Assembly (NCBI GenBank): GCA_051362555.1
Contig: CM120640.1
Span: forward strand, 71,712,788-71,776,787
DNA from: Lingula anatina
Taxonomy: Eukaryota; Animalia; Brachiopoda
Direction: 5' to 3'
Length of the DNA stretch: 64,000 bases
Shown here: positions 1 to 13,498 of the stretch, in pieces
Layout: every line of letters starts with the position of its first letter
Position numbering within the stretch: the stretch's first letter is position 1
The notes under the pieces: generated by a model
Databases searched by the model: none
What the model was told of the DNA's origin: nothing
The model's input: only the letters and a program-made list of their open reading frames with translations
Position numbers and translations under genes: made by a program

Positions 1-29
1 AGCAAAGGTCAGATAACTCTCTCTCTCTC

Positions 30-260
30 ACACACACACACACAGAGTTATATTTTGTTATTTTTCTAGCTGACAAAAGAATCAAGGTCCCTGGTATAGT
101 GCATGTTAGGAGTACAGAGAATGTACATGCATGCATGCACACACATACACACACACACACACACACAGTTATATTCTGTTATCTTTCTAGCTGACAAAAG
201 AATCAAGGTCCCTGGTATAGTGCATGTTAGGAGTACAGAGAATGTACATGCATGCACGCA

Positions 261-303
<43 letters not shown>

Positions 304-393
304 ATATTCTGTTATCTTTCTAGCTGACAAAAGAATCAAGGTCCCTGGTATAGTGCGTGTTGGGAGTACAGAGAATGTACATGCATGCACGCA

Positions 394-442
<49 letters not shown>

Positions 443-532
443 ATATTCTGTTATCTTTCTAGCTGACAAAAGAATCAAGGTCCCTGGTATAGTGCGTGTT
501 GGGAGTACAGAGAATGTACATGCATGCACGCA

Positions 533-571
<39 letters not shown>

Positions 572-661
572 ATATTCTGTTATCTTTCTAGCTGACAAAA
601 GAATCAAGGTCCCTGGTATAGTGCGTGTTGGGAGTACAGAGAATGTACATGCATGCACGCA

Positions 662-704
<43 letters not shown>

Positions 705-794
705 ATATTCTGTTATCTTTCTAGCTGACAAAAGAATCAAGGTCCCTGGTATAGTGCGTGTTGGGAGTACAGAGAATGTACATGCATGCACGCA

Positions 795-826
<32 letters not shown>

Positions 827-919
827 GTTATATTCTGTTATTTTTCTAGCTGACAAAAGAATCAAGGTCCCTGGTATAGTGCGTGTTGGGAGTACAGAGA
901 ATGTACATGCATGCACGCA

Positions 920-962
<43 letters not shown>

Positions 963-1052
963 ATATTTTGTTATCTTTCTAGCTGACAAAAGAATCAAGG
1001 TCCCTGGTATAGTGCGTGTTGGGAGTACAGAGAATGTACATGCATGCACGCA

Positions 1053-1099
<47 letters not shown>

Positions 1100-1174
1100 A
1101 TATTCTGTTATCTTTCTAGCTGACAAAAGAATCAAGGTCCCTGGTATAGTGCGTGTTGGGAGTACAGAGAATGT
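30..1174 (+). repeat. Tandem repeat of 121-139 bp, 9 copies: (CA)n + SETX 3' splice site + first ~55 nt of the exon
   Basis: tttctag|ctgacaaaagaatcaaggtcc recurs with the AG ending at 69,190,323,462,591,724,849,982,1119; only the last copy continues into coding sequence. Confidence 0.95.
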
Positions 1175-3535
1175 CCACCCAGACATCGTATCCATTACCC
1201 TGGAGGAGCTGATCAAGTCTAACATGGGGAGAGGTATGTGGCCCCCACTATGGAACCAGGTTCTATACTAATGAAATATACCACTGGAACAGCAAATACA
1301 TATCAGCTGAGTTTGGGTGAATAGACTTGATGTTTTGGTATAAATTGAATAACTCACTGAGAAATATCATAATCAAAACTGATTCTTTTGAATTTGGTTA
1401 AAATTATAATGGCTACAATCTTTACGGCTCATTCCTATTGAAATTATCAATCCAACTCTGCAGGGTCCTGGACTCTCACTGAATGTAATAATTTCAGCAG
1501 ATTAACACGCCTCCTCCTATCATGGAGTAGAATGCAGAAAATCTGGTGGTGATATGATTACATAGGAAGCAAGAGGAGGCATGTTAATATCTTAAACTGT
1601 TGCATTCAGTGAGAGTCCCCTCATAGTTGGAGCGATCTATGGAGACAAAGAGTTTCAATGGGAAAGAGCCCTTAACTTCTTAATGGCATAAAGATGTGTA
1701 AACTTTACTGTTTTAGAGGATGCAGACCTGCTTTCAAAGAGCAATGATAGCATGAAGGAAGCTTTGGCAGAAATAGAGGTGAAAATGACATCTCTGAAAC
1801 TGAAGTTACAAGAAGAAAAGAATGTTGGGAAAGACACCAGGACAACAGATGAAGCACTCCGAAATTTAGAAGAGAAGAAGAAGTGGCTTTGTAGGCAACC
1901 TGTGGTGAGTACACGTACTTGAGTCTAAGATCCTCACCTTCTGATTGTGTCCCGGAAGATCTAGTCAGCAAAATATTTCATGTGTATCTAAATGTTTGTT
2001 CCCTGTAAAAGGCAAAGTGCAGTATATTTGCACACACTTTAAAGACTTGGAAAACTCCGTGACAGACTCTCCTGTCCTGTGATGCAGATGTGGTGAAGAC
2101 TGCAACCCTGTCATACCATTCTCAGAGCTTTATTCTAGTAGGAATGAAGAAGTACCTCCCTACACTGTATGTTACTTCTCATGTTCACAGTGTAACCTGT
2201 GGAATGAGGGTTAAGGTCACATCCACATTTGTACCTCCACAGGGGACATGTTGTCATGATGGTGCTACCTTCTATCAGGAGAAGTCCTAACTGTAAGACC
2301 TAACTGTGTAAATGATTTCAGACCAAGGCCCGGCTTGGAGCCAAGGAGATGGCCAGGAGACAGAAGGAGCACAGACTGAACATCTTGAGGAAGGCAGACA
2401 TAGTTTGCTGCACTCTGAACAGCAGTGGCAATGCAGTGATGAGGGAGTCTTTCTTGGACTACCAGAGCCAGACCAACAAACTGCTCTTTGACTGCATTAT
2501 AATAGATGAGGTAGGATATTTGCTCTTCTTATTTTTAGACAAAATAAAACAGACCCCCCCCCCCCCACTGACATTGACTCTGCTCTAAAAAATCACTCTG
2601 CTCTATGGTTTATTTCTTTTCCAGGCCAGTCAGAGCACGGAGCTGGAGTGTTTGATACCTTTACAATATGGCTGCTTAAAACTCTTCTTGTTTGGAGACC
2701 CAGAACAGCTACAGCCCACAGTTCTGTCACAGGTGAGATTTTTTTTTTTTTTTTTTTTTTTTCTTTTTTTTTTTTTGAGATACAAGAACTTATTAAGATG
2801 TTTCATTAGCAAATAGACTGCTTCAAAGCCTTTCGAGAAAATTTCCTGACACTGGATTGTAGTATTTATTGTTTTGATTTAATTAAAATGATGTTGAAAG
2901 TATTTAAGGTGAGGGATCGAGAACTGTTTGAAATTTATATTACAGTTTTCTAAGAGTTCCAGATAAGAAATGATGTGAGTTTTCTACTTCTTACCTTGTT
3001 CACATTGACAATAATGTGGTACATTAGTAGTTAGCATAATATTTATTGTTATTCAAATTTTTATGTGTACAGCGTTCAATGGACACTGCAGTTATAAATC
3101 ATATTTTAATGTAGTAATCTTGTAAAACTGAAGGTTCATAGATACAATTGTGTTCCAGGTTTCCACAGAGAGGAACTTTGGGCAGTCCATGCTAGAGCGC
3201 CTCAGTGTTTACTTTAAGGAGAAGGACAGTGACTCCCCTGTCCAGTTTTTGGACACTCAGTACCGGATGCACCCTGAGATTTGCCACTTTCCATCTTTAC
3301 ACTGTTATCATGGTTCCTTGAAAACTGACATGTAAGTAGACACCAGGATGAGGCACAACTGGGCATGATCTGTATTGTGTGTACAGTCTGACTCTTGCTG
3401 ACTGCTAAAAACTTAGGAGATTCACCTTTCTTTTTTTACAGGTCATGCCAGACTAAATCAAACAAATGCCCCTTCCAGCCATATCTGGTGTTTGACCTGA
3501 AAGACAGCAAGGAAAACAACAACAGGACTGGGTAA

Positions 3536-3571
<36 letters not shown>

Positions 3572-5390
3572 CAGGGTGAGCTTATGATGGCATATATAGG
3601 ATTGTGTAAGGATATGATTAGACATAAGGATGACAGTTTAATAGTGTTTAAAAGGTTACAAGACTTAGTCATGCTTTTCCTTATTTGCCTTTTCCTAAAT
3701 CCTTTTAGAGCCATCTTCAATGAAAATGAAGCAGAGTTCACTGTGGACCTGTGCAAGTTCTTGCATGCGATGAACAAGACATTTGCCACTAACATCGGCG
3801 TGATAACCCCGTATCAGAAACAGAGGAAATGGCTGGAGGACAAATTGAAGAAAATGTAAATATAAGGATGCCTGTATTTCATTCATTGGCTCTTTTATTT
3901 GGCAAGATACATAACAGTTCAGAAAGGCAGTAAAAATAGTTGATATGTCTGTTATTTGTATACTCCAGATGTCTTGGATTGATTGCCAATTAAAAAACTA
4001 CCAACTTTGAAGAGTTTCATTTGCTGTGCATTTATGTCACTGGAGTACAGGTTCATTGTACAGTGGCACAGTTTGAACTGCCCAAAGTATGAAGAGTATA
4101 AGATATTTTCTTAGCACAACCTGTGTGACTCCATGATGACCACATGACCTAAGGTATAATATTCCACCATAATAATTTATGAAGCAGTTATGATTTCGTT
4201 GCAGACACCTTGAGGGACGCTTGTTGGAGGTGAACACTGTGGATGGGTTCCAGGGACGCGAGAAAGGCATCATAGTATTATCCTGTGTCAGGGCACAGAT
4301 ATCATCAGGGGGAATTGGGTGAGTGTCATCATAGTACTATCCTGTGTCAGGGCACAGATATCATCAGGGGGAATTGGGTGAGTGTCATCATAGTATTATC
4401 CTGTGTCAGGGCACAGACATTATCAGGGGGAATTGGGTGAGTGTCATCATAGTATTATCCTGTGTCAGGGCCCAGACATTATCAGGGGGAATTGGGTGAG
4501 TGTCATCATAGTATTATCCTGTGTCAGGGCCCAGACATTATCAGGGGGAATTGGGTGAGTGTCATCATAGTATTATCCTGTGTCAGGGCACAGATATCAT
4601 CAGGGGGAATTGGGTGAGTGTCATCATAGTATTATCCTGTGTCAGGGCCCAGACATTATCAGGGGGAATTGGGTGAGTGTCATCATAGTATTATCCTTTG
4701 TCAGGGCACAGACATCATCAGGGGGAATTGGGTGAGTGTCTGACTGTTTAACATACTAGATGTATTCATACCATGCCCAATGTTTAGTAGTATGGTCCTT
4801 GGCGGGCCGCCCAACCCTCTCAGGACAGATAGTTTTCTGGAATCATGGTAGATGTACTTTTGCTTTCAGCATCAGTTGCTCTTATTGTTTTAATTTACAG
4901 GTCATTTTCAAATTATGTATTGATTAATGCTGACAACAGCAGCTGATTTGTAATTTTTATGTTACTTGTGATTTTAGCTTTTTGGCCAGCAGGCAGAGGA
5001 TGAATGTGGCCCTGACAAGGGCAAAACATGCCTTGTATGTAGTTGGACACTTAGATACCCTTAAGGTAAGAAACTCCAGCTTTCTAATGTAAAAGTAACA
5101 CTGACACATTTTATATAATATGCTTTTTTATTTACTTAATTATTCCAATTATTGTGCCTACCTGTAATTTAATATGACTTCATATGTAATATTTTGTTAT
5201 TATTGTTTTTGACATGCTAGCATTAAGCATATTTAACCTGTTAAATGTCTCCTTCCTGTTTCAGAGTGACAAGGAGTGGGGGGCCCTGATACAGGATGCT
5301 AGGACCAGAGGCCTTGTTGTTAGTGTAGACGTAAACAGTCGTCACAAAGACAAGGTCATTAGAAAATGTCTCAAAACTACTGCCAGCTAA
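1120..5390 (+). CDS. SETX: Senataxin/Sen1-like SF1B (Upf1-family) helicase, 3' portion; exons 1120-1233,1717-1904,2322-2510,2625-2732,3159-3331,3442-3531,3709-3855,4205-4318,4978-5065,5265-5390; 5' exons lie upstream of the window
   Basis: GT-AG exons join in phase and give IVRVG, ADIVCCTLNSSG, IIIDEASQ (Walker B), GDPEQLQPTV, SMLERL, QYRMHPEI, IGVITPY, EVNTVDGFQGREK, RMNVALTRAK, WGALIQDA; stop TAA 5388-5390. Family assignment is firm, exact orthology is less so. Confidence 0.88.
4268..4740 (+). repeat. 59-bp tandem repeat, 8 copies: SETX exon end + 5' splice site
   Basis: catcatagtattatcctgtgtcagggcacagatatcatcagggggaattgg|gtgagtgt; exon-side ends at 4318 and every 59 bp to 4731. Confidence 0.95.
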
Positions 5391-5671
5391 TGCTACAGGT
5401 ACAGTGTTGTAGGGCTCAACAATAAAACTACTGGAATTAAGGGAAATAACACGCTTGTTAACAGTTGTACGGCATTATACTATTATGTTATATAGCTCAG
5501 AAATAACACAATAACCACTGGAACTATGGGAAATGAGACGCTTGGTAATGGCTGTAAGGCATTATACTGTTATGTTTGATATTCACTCATTTGGAAGTAC
5601 CTCAGTATATTTCATTTACAGTAACTGGTTTTTCAATATTTCAGCATCTTTGCTGCACCAGCATCTGTTCC

Positions 5672-6132
5672 ACTTCTTCCCAGTGACTTACATATCTGTC
5701 TATCCCTAGAGAAGTTCCCTTTCTTCCCACTGACTTACATTTCTGTCTATCCCTAGAGTAGTTCCCTTTCTTCCCAGTGACTTATGTTTCTGTCTATCCC
5801 TAGAGTTGTTCCCCTTCTTCCCAGTGACTTATGTTCCTGTCTATCCCCAGAGTTGTTCACTTCTTCCCAGTGACTTACATTTCTGTCTATCCCTAGAGTT
5901 GTTCCCCTTCTTCCCAGTGACTTATGTTCCTGTCTATCCCTAGAGTTGTTCACTTCTTCCCAGTGACTTACATTTCTGTCTATCCCTAGAGTTGTTCCCC
6001 TTCTTCCCAGTGACTTATGTTCCTGTCTATCCCTAGAGTTGTTCACTTCTTCCCAGTGACTTATGTTCCTGTCTATCCCTAGAGTAGTTCCCTTTCTTCC
6101 CAGTGACTTATGTTTCTGTCTATTCCTAGAGT
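5672..6132. repeat. 46-bp minisatellite, ~10 copies
   Basis: cttcttcccagtgacttatgttcctgtctatccctagagttgttc repeated. Confidence 0.9.
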
Positions 6133-6415
6133 TGATCTGAAATAATACATTCTCAATGAATAACTCAGCTGCTGGTCATTTCTGATGGCAGATACACATC
6201 TCTGATCTTCTAGTTTGTTCTGAATGGCCTTTAATGCAATACCCACTATAATTGAATAATACGTCTGCTTTAGATGATAATAGAGCTCTTCCTTAACTCT
6301 GTTATCACTTTGTGAATGCTCTTGATTTGAAGATCATTATTTGGCAGATCTGGTGCCCTTAATTGTCGTTGCCCAGTGGATGATTTTGTTGAAGGTTTTT
6401 TTTTACTTTACTTAA

Positions 6416-6756
6416 AGGGATAATAAATCTATGTATGAGATTTATATTTCACAATAAAAAACATTGTAAACAACTCATAGAAATATAATATATTCTGTTT
6501 TACCACAAAAACAGAAGTTATAGCTATTAATCTGATATCTGAGCTTGTCATCAGACCACATGTGACATGACCTCCATATATGGCTATACTCGGTAAAAAT
6601 CTCTTAGTAGATTATAACATAAAACCAAACTTTTAAGAAAAAAGGGACTAACTTTGAATGTAGAAATGGATTCGTTAACCATTTGTAAGTATGGGAAAAT
6701 TGTTGTTTACTGTGGGAAAATTCATATTTTGGCCAAAATGAACAGTTATTATCCCT
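6416..6756 (-). mobile_element. Kolobok-like MITE (~340 bp), reverse-oriented copy
   Basis: TTAA|AGGGATAATAA...TTATTATCCCT|TTAA; interior is the reverse complement of the copies at 15255 and 62978. Confidence 0.8.
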
Positions 6757-7325
6757 TTAACATTAACACATGCAGAAATTACTGTCCACATTCAAGGTAC
6801 AGCCACAGCACAGCTGTGGTTTCTCCTTTAGCAATGCAGTTTATCAGGGCAACCTTCATGTATTGTTAAAATGGAAAGAACATTAAAAGATAATTCCAAG
6901 CAAACAAAGTTCAGACCTACATAGTAATTGTGGAGTCTAAATTTAAAGTTAATATTGATATACCCAGAATTATATCTCAAGAATCAACTGGCAGTTGGTG
7001 TGAAGTGTGTGGATATGGAATATGTTTTCTAGTCCAATAATAAGCACTTTTCTTTTTGAAAGGGGGGGGGAGATGTTGTTCTTTTATAGTTTGGTGTCTT
7101 AGAATTGGAGGGAAGCTGGGTAGTAAACGTTTCTGAGGAGCCAAAGCTTTATTGTCTGATGGTTTCACCTCATGGCAGTGGCCTTTCTTGCTGGGAAGTA
7201 TGACATCAAGCTTTAGATATTTTGTTTTTTCTTTCTTCCAGTCTCTTCCGTCAGAATGAAATGGAACACAACAGCAACCAAAATCTGGGAATTTACAGAA
7301 GATTACAACAACAGGTGAACTGCAG

Positions 7326-8020
7326 GAATGCCACCAAAACATTGGCCACACGGGTTATGTGGTTGTAAAATTTAGAAATGCCACCAAAACATTGGCCACA
7401 TGGGTTATGTGGTTGTAAAATTTAGAAATGCCACCAAAACATTGGCCACACAGTATATGTGGTTGGAAAATTTAGAAATGCCACCAAAACATTGGCCACA
7501 CGGGTTATGTGGTTGTAAAATTTAGAAATGCCACCAAAACATTGGCCACACAGTATATGTAGTTGGAAAATTTAGAAATGCCACCAAAACATTGGCCACA
7601 CAGTATATGTGGTTGGAAAATTTAGAAATGCCACCAAATCATTGGCCACACGGGTAATGTGGTTGTAAAATTTAGAAATGCCACCAAAACATTGGCCACA
7701 CAGTATATGTGGTTGGAAAATTTAGAAATGCCACCAAAACATTGGCCACACAGTATATGTGGTTGTAAAATTTAGAAATGCCACCAAAACATTGGCCGCA
7801 CGGGTTATGTGGTTGTAAAATTTAGAAATGCCACCAAAACATTGGCCGCACGGGTTATGTGGTTGTAAAATTTAGAAATGCCACCAAAACATTGGCCACA
7901 CAGTATATGTGGTTGGAAAATTTAGAAATGCCACCAAAACATTGGCCACACAGGTTATGTGGTTGTAAAATTTAGAAATGCCACCAAAACATTGGCCACA
8001 CAGGTTATGTGGTTGGAAAC
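7326..8020. repeat. 50-bp minisatellite, ~14 copies
   Basis: aaatgccaccaaaacattggccacacgggttatgtggttgtaaaatttag repeated. Confidence 0.92.
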
Positions 8021-8087
8021 TATATATAGTAACAAGAACATTATATGGAAGCGCTTTGATATGTAGAGGCATTTACCTAGAGCTGTT

Positions 8088-8121
<34 letters not shown>

Positions 8122-8650
8122 TTATTTTCAGTCTAAAATCCATTATAACATGTTCAGAAGACTTTACATATGCATAAGACAATTACTTAAGACACCAATT
8201 ATTAGGAATAGATAAATAAAAAAATTACAGAGCTTAACGACAAAAAATATTTAAGAGTTTTCTAGATAAAACATACGGATTCTCACATAAAAGCACTTAC
8301 AGTACATAACTAAAATATGTTCGTTAAGAAAAAATAATCAATTTTAGGTAAAAAAAAAAACAGCCTTATTTGTACAAAGAAAAAATTATAAGTAGAACAG
8401 CCTTTTTTCTTACAGTGCAAAAATGCAATTACTATAAAATTTGTAAAATCAATTTAAAAGTTGATTAGTCAAAAAATTTCCTGAATAGGTATGTCTTCAA
8501 TTCTTTTTTAAATAGCATATTTTTATATGGCATGGCTTTTCCAGTAGCTGCAGCAGCACTTTTACAAAAAGATTGTCTTCCCAGTATAACATTACTGAAC
8601 AGCATGTAAATACTGCCATTAAGGAATTTATTGTCAGGAGATTGAACCAT
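8088..8650 (-). mobile_element. 5'-truncated non-LTR retrotransposon (CR1/L2-group-like) 3' remnant
   Basis: Minus-strand GRQSF..AA...MP...FKKELKTYLF resembles the LINE ORF2 C-terminus, followed by an AT-rich tail ending in (ATT)n at ~8088-8118. Confidence 0.5.
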
Positions 8651-9284
8651 GTCAAGATGTGAGAGATCAGAGGCCTTTCATGAACATTAGCAAGGAAATT
8701 AAGTATTAATAATTATAAGTGAAACAGATAGTAAACTTATTGCAGAAATGTAAAACAAAATTTTGAATCTACAGCAAAAGTTCTGAAGACATAGTGAAGA
8801 TGGTGCTACTTACTAGTCAACAAAGCCAAATGCCAGTTGCAATATTTGACCATTGGTTATGATTCCAGTGAACTTGGAAGAATTATGTTGAGGAACACAT
8901 TTAGCCTGTTTTGTGTATGTCAGTTGTCTGTACTTTATTACGGCTTTGCTTAATAAAGTTTTCTTCTTTGATTATGTTTTTGCTTCTTTTACTGTATTTA
9001 TAAAACTTATGACCAAGAAAGTCTGCCTTCTTTTCCTTGGTGACTAGTCTGGAACCTAAATTTATTCTACATTGGCAAAATTAAAGTATGTACCACTTCC
9101 ATGTACTGAGTTTAGTATTGTCAGATAATTGGTGGCCTTAAGTGTGCCCTTCTGCCGGGAGCAGTGTATTTAATATACTCCATTTTCTACAGTAATCCCT
9201 TGTGGGAATTGGGGAGCGGGAGAGTGCATTTCAGGGGAAAAATGATGTAGTCCGGTCATGCCCCTTACACAATTTAAATGTACC

Positions 9285-9455
9285 AGTGTGACGAAACTGA
9301 AGGTCCTTGTAATAGAGGGTTAGCCTGACGTGAGTGGGTCAACATCTAGGGCGAGGCTTACTGGTTAGCCTGACGTGAGTGGGTCAACATCTAGGGCGAG
9401 GCTTACTGGTTAGCCTGACGTGAGTGGGTCAACATCTAGGGCGAGGCTTACTGGT
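9285..9455. repeat. Interspersed repeat fragment containing a 45-bp unit x3; related copy at ~55853-55960
   Basis: ggttagcctgacgtgagtgggtcaacatctagggcgaggcttact x3; gtgtgacgaaactga...gggttagcctgac...tctagggcgaggcttac recurs at 55853-55960. Confidence 0.7.
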
Positions 9456-12400
9456 GCAAATTAACGGAAACCAGACTGTCACGTCACACTGGGAGATATA
9501 CATGATTTGGGGGAATAGGGGCAAAAAGACCCCTCCATATCTGGTCCTGTAAGCTTGTATGTACTGACGTCTGCTTCATAATTGCACATGTTATTCTAAA
9601 AAGCGAAATGTTAGAAACCCAAACATGATAGGCGTTCATTGGGCCTTAAATCGCTGTAACTTTATAAACGGTACCTGTATCTTTTTGGAATAACAGTCTT
9701 AGGTAATCTTCACTGGATGGCCTTTGTATACATGTCGGAGGAAATACTGGAGGCATATCTTTTTTTCGATGAATATAAACCAAATGTTTAAAGATTTACT
9801 GAAGTTCTTTGTTTCGAGAAATGTTGATCTGTGAAATTATTTATTTCAATTCACAAGATCTCGCGAGTATTTTCCATAACTTTTCGCAGATGAAATAATT
9901 GACTGACATGAAGGCGTATTTTGTAATGAAGTTGGACTTATTTGCAGTGACTTGTTACTGACTTTGATCATTTGAACCAAAAGGTTAAGTACGTGCTAAT
10001 GCATGTATTCAAAGGTCATAAGGACGAGTGATGTGTGTGAAGGCAACGACGCCGGAAACTCTGCAACACGATTCTAGCCTCCTAGTAGTATTGGAGTGAA
10101 CTGGAACAAGAGACAAATAATTATTCAAACGTAATTTCTGTCTTTGTGTAAAGTGGGACAAATGTTTGTACTTACATTATGTTAGAAGAACCTGAAAACA
10201 ACGAGCAGACACCCATTATACAAATGTATACATAGGAAGGACTTAGTAACCGCGGGTATTGCTTACACCCTGACCACAGGTCTCACTAGTAGTCTGCTAC
10301 ATAAATTATATACTGTTTTAGAGGCTCCTGATATTAGAGGGTAGGTATTGCTCGTGTGGGCAGCGTGCGACATCTTTACAGACGCATTCTAATTCTACGA
10401 CTAATGCCATTGATTTTTTTAGCACAGTCGTGTGGTGATTTTATATGCCATTCTCTTGTGTCTTCAATTATGACTCTATAAAATTGAGTCTATAAAATTA
10501 AATCTATTAAATTGGGTGAAAATATTACGGTATTTTCTATCATGTCGGCACGATTGCTACCTTTTATTAAAAAACTGGTCTGGCTTCGTTTTCGACACTG
10601 GCGAACCAAACAACCACTTTATCTGATTTTGATATACGAGCGAGACATCTCGGTATGTTTGCTTCTGTAGTTACTTATTTAAAATAAAACTTGAGTTAGG
10701 GAATGTCCCGCCGTTGACACAATAACTCTTTATACGGACTCCTAACTTAATTTGATGGTGTCCCTGACGTAACAGTAATGGGCAGTGATTCCCTGGGAAG
10801 TGTCAAGGCAGGACCGCGTGCGTCATAAAGATTTGCTAATGGAGCACATATTGAATCAACTACCATCCTGTTTACTGCGCCGTGTACACTGACGCAAGGC
10901 GCGTCTCTTGTTCACAATACTGGGGAAGTGGAATGGCTTGGAAAGAGGACAAGATAATCTCGCATTTGCTGTCAGACGTGGGCGATGTTGGCACTGTGAA
11001 CTATGTGTCGTTTCCTTTCATGTATTAAGAAATCAAGAAACATATGCTGGTCCAGGTTTTCAAGGATGGGATAATAAAGATCTGGCTCTACTTGAGCTGA
11101 TCTTAGCTGTCACGAAAATTAAATGTCTAGAAGGAAAAAAATCATCCCAGCTCTTAGCCCGAGTCAGTGCCACATCAAACAATTTTGAAAATTTTATAAG
11201 TTGCGGAAGATGCAAACCCGCCGTTTCATGTGGCACGGCCCAGCATATGGTTGACATTTTGCGGGAGTGACATATTTTCATTTCATCTAGTGCTTCAAAT
11301 ATACGAATTGCCAACATAATCGCAAATAATTTTACAATGAATCGTGAAATAACAACCAAATTATGTTTGACGACAAATAAAACTAAACAGAAAGTACCAT
11401 TTATTGTACAATACTAGTATTTATATGCTCTTCTTTATGTTTAGTAGGCCCTATAGGATGCGACTTTTTCAAACAGTATAAGTGAAAGGCAGTATATGAT
11501 GATGATCATCAGATAATATTGCTAAAAACGAAATATCTGATAGAAATACGACCGCATACCCGTTCTTCTGTCGCATAAAATACTGCTCAAGGTTGTCTCT
11601 CAGAGATAGTCCTTTTTCGGTGTGAATTTTTGTTCTAATGGTGTGTTTTACAGTACATGTATATATTCTGGGTAATCTCCATGTCATGGCGCATCCTTGA
11701 CAGTTTTTACCCTCTACCAGGGAAACAGGGTGATTTTTTTTCACATGACATTCACATATATTTCAATGGCTAATTCTATGGATATTTCTGCACTATGAGA
11801 CGACGTACCGCTTATGCGGACAGTTGCTACTACATGTATCTATAAATATGGACGCGCGAAGGCAACTAATGAATGCTGCATAAGAAATTGAATGAATTGA
11901 TTGAATCCCTTGATTCTTAGAAGTCTGGTATCACAGTATGTGGCTACTGGCACACTACTTGTAAATACACGGCAGAACAGTTGGAATATGTATTAGAAGT
12001 TCACGGTGGGTTTTCTGAATCACTTCTTGCGTCACGCCGTCTGTGAGCGCGGATTGGATATATAGGGCCCTACTGACAACTGCCGATACAGATAGCTACG
12101 GAAAGGTATAAAAACAGCATAACAGAGCGATTACGAAATCGGCTTAAACGCGAAATCATCACTTGAAAGTAAAAAAAAAATTAATTTGAAGTCGACGCTG
12201 CAGATAGCAGTGTTTTACAAACGCGTGTGCGGTCGTATGGATATATATCTTTAGAAAAAACTATTAGAAAGCATTGTATGGATTCTTCGCAATTTGGATG
12301 GGACAATTAATTACATTATGAATTAAGATGTGCAAGAATGCAACAGATGGAAATGGAATACATTGGAATAATATAAATTAACACGGGTTTGAAACGTAAA

Positions 12401-12460
12401 AAACGAATGCTGGCTCTGTTCTTCCACTTGCAACTCTCACCAGTACCGTTACCACTTGAA

Positions 12461-13498
12461 ATGATGGGGGAGATTTTGAATTCCACAGACTTGAATTTGG
12501 CTTCCATGGGCGAAGTACCAAGTGCATATTTAGTGGTTGTTTGTTTTATCTTAACTGTAGAGATTGTCCTGGGTGTAACAGTCAATATCATGGTACTATG
12601 GGCTTACTATCGGCACTGGAACACACTGAGATCAGTCAGTAACATCCTCATGGCCAGCCTGAACGTTGTCGACATATTGATATGTGTTCTGAGTGCACCG
12701 CTTACCTTCACCACGCTGTTGTTACGTCACCGTGATACTGACGTGCTCGTGTGTCTCAGTCACGAGGCCGGCGTGTCGTTTGCCTGTTCTGCCACCGCAC
12801 TCAACTTGCTCGTCATAAGTGTGGACAGGTATGAAAGCGTTATCATGCCAACAAAGAGGACATTTTCTGTGAAGAACGTTAGATTTGTTCTTTTGGTGCC
12901 GTGGTGCGGAGCTCTGTTGGGAATTGGTGCCGCTTTTATTCACACTGCAAACCCTGTCTTGGTCACGTATACAGACGTTAAGTCTTGTGTCACCTGGTAC
13001 TTGACCACACAAACACGTCATTATTTCCAGACCTATTGGGTCGTGTTATTTGTCAGCTCGTCTCTGTGGATGATCGTCTCCTACAGGAAGATAGTGAACG
13101 CCGCCCATACCCGGCTAAGTATCAAGGCGGCACTGGTCCAGGCTTCCCTTGTGGTCGCTGGTTCTGGATTCTGTGCTAAAAAGGTCCGACCAACAGGTGC
13201 TCGTGCCACTAAAGTCGCCCTGGCTATCGTAAGCACCTATGTCCTCTGCTGGGGGCCCTATACTACATACAGCCTGGCCGTCATGGTTAAGCCGCAGATG
13301 ACACAAGAGACGATCAATGTCGGCCTCCTATGCCTGGCCTACATGACCACCATATTGCACCCTGTATTGTATGCCTTCCTGAGGCGGAAAGTACGCAGGG
13401 CCTGCTGGACTTTGGTTCTGGCGGATCAGCGCAGTGTTCGCACTATTCAAGTGGCACCTTTCAGACACGCTTCAACACGAGACGACTGTGCTACTTGA
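12461..13498 (+). CDS. GPR22: Intronless class A orphan GPCR, GPR22-like (~345 aa)
   Basis: Seven hydrophobic segments; EIVLG..N, SVSNI, HEAGVSFA, DRY, CWGP and AYMTTILHPVLYAF (HPxxY replacing NPxxY) match GPR22 from memory; an alternative in-frame ATG exists at 12407. Confidence 0.85.
   Translation: MMGEILNSTDLNLASMGEVPSAYLVVVCFILTVEIVLGVTVNIMVLWAYYRHWNTLRSVSNILMASLNVVDILICVLSAPLTFTTLLLRHRDTDVLVCLSHEAGVSFACSATALNLLVISVDRYESVIMPTKRTFSVKNVRFVLLVPWCGALLGIGAAFIHTANPVLVTYTDVKSCVTWYLTTQTRHYFQTYWVVLFVSSSLWMIVSYRKIVNAAHTRLSIKAALVQASLVVAGSGFCAKKVRPTGARATKVALAIVSTYVLCWGPYTTYSLAVMVKPQMTQETINVGLLCLAYMTTILHPVLYAFLRRKVRRACWTLVLADQRSVRTIQVAPFRHASTRDDCAT

Noticed and set aside
66-1271. HTHT/CVCV-rich ORFs
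   Set aside because: Translations of (CA)n microsatellites inside the acceptor repeat
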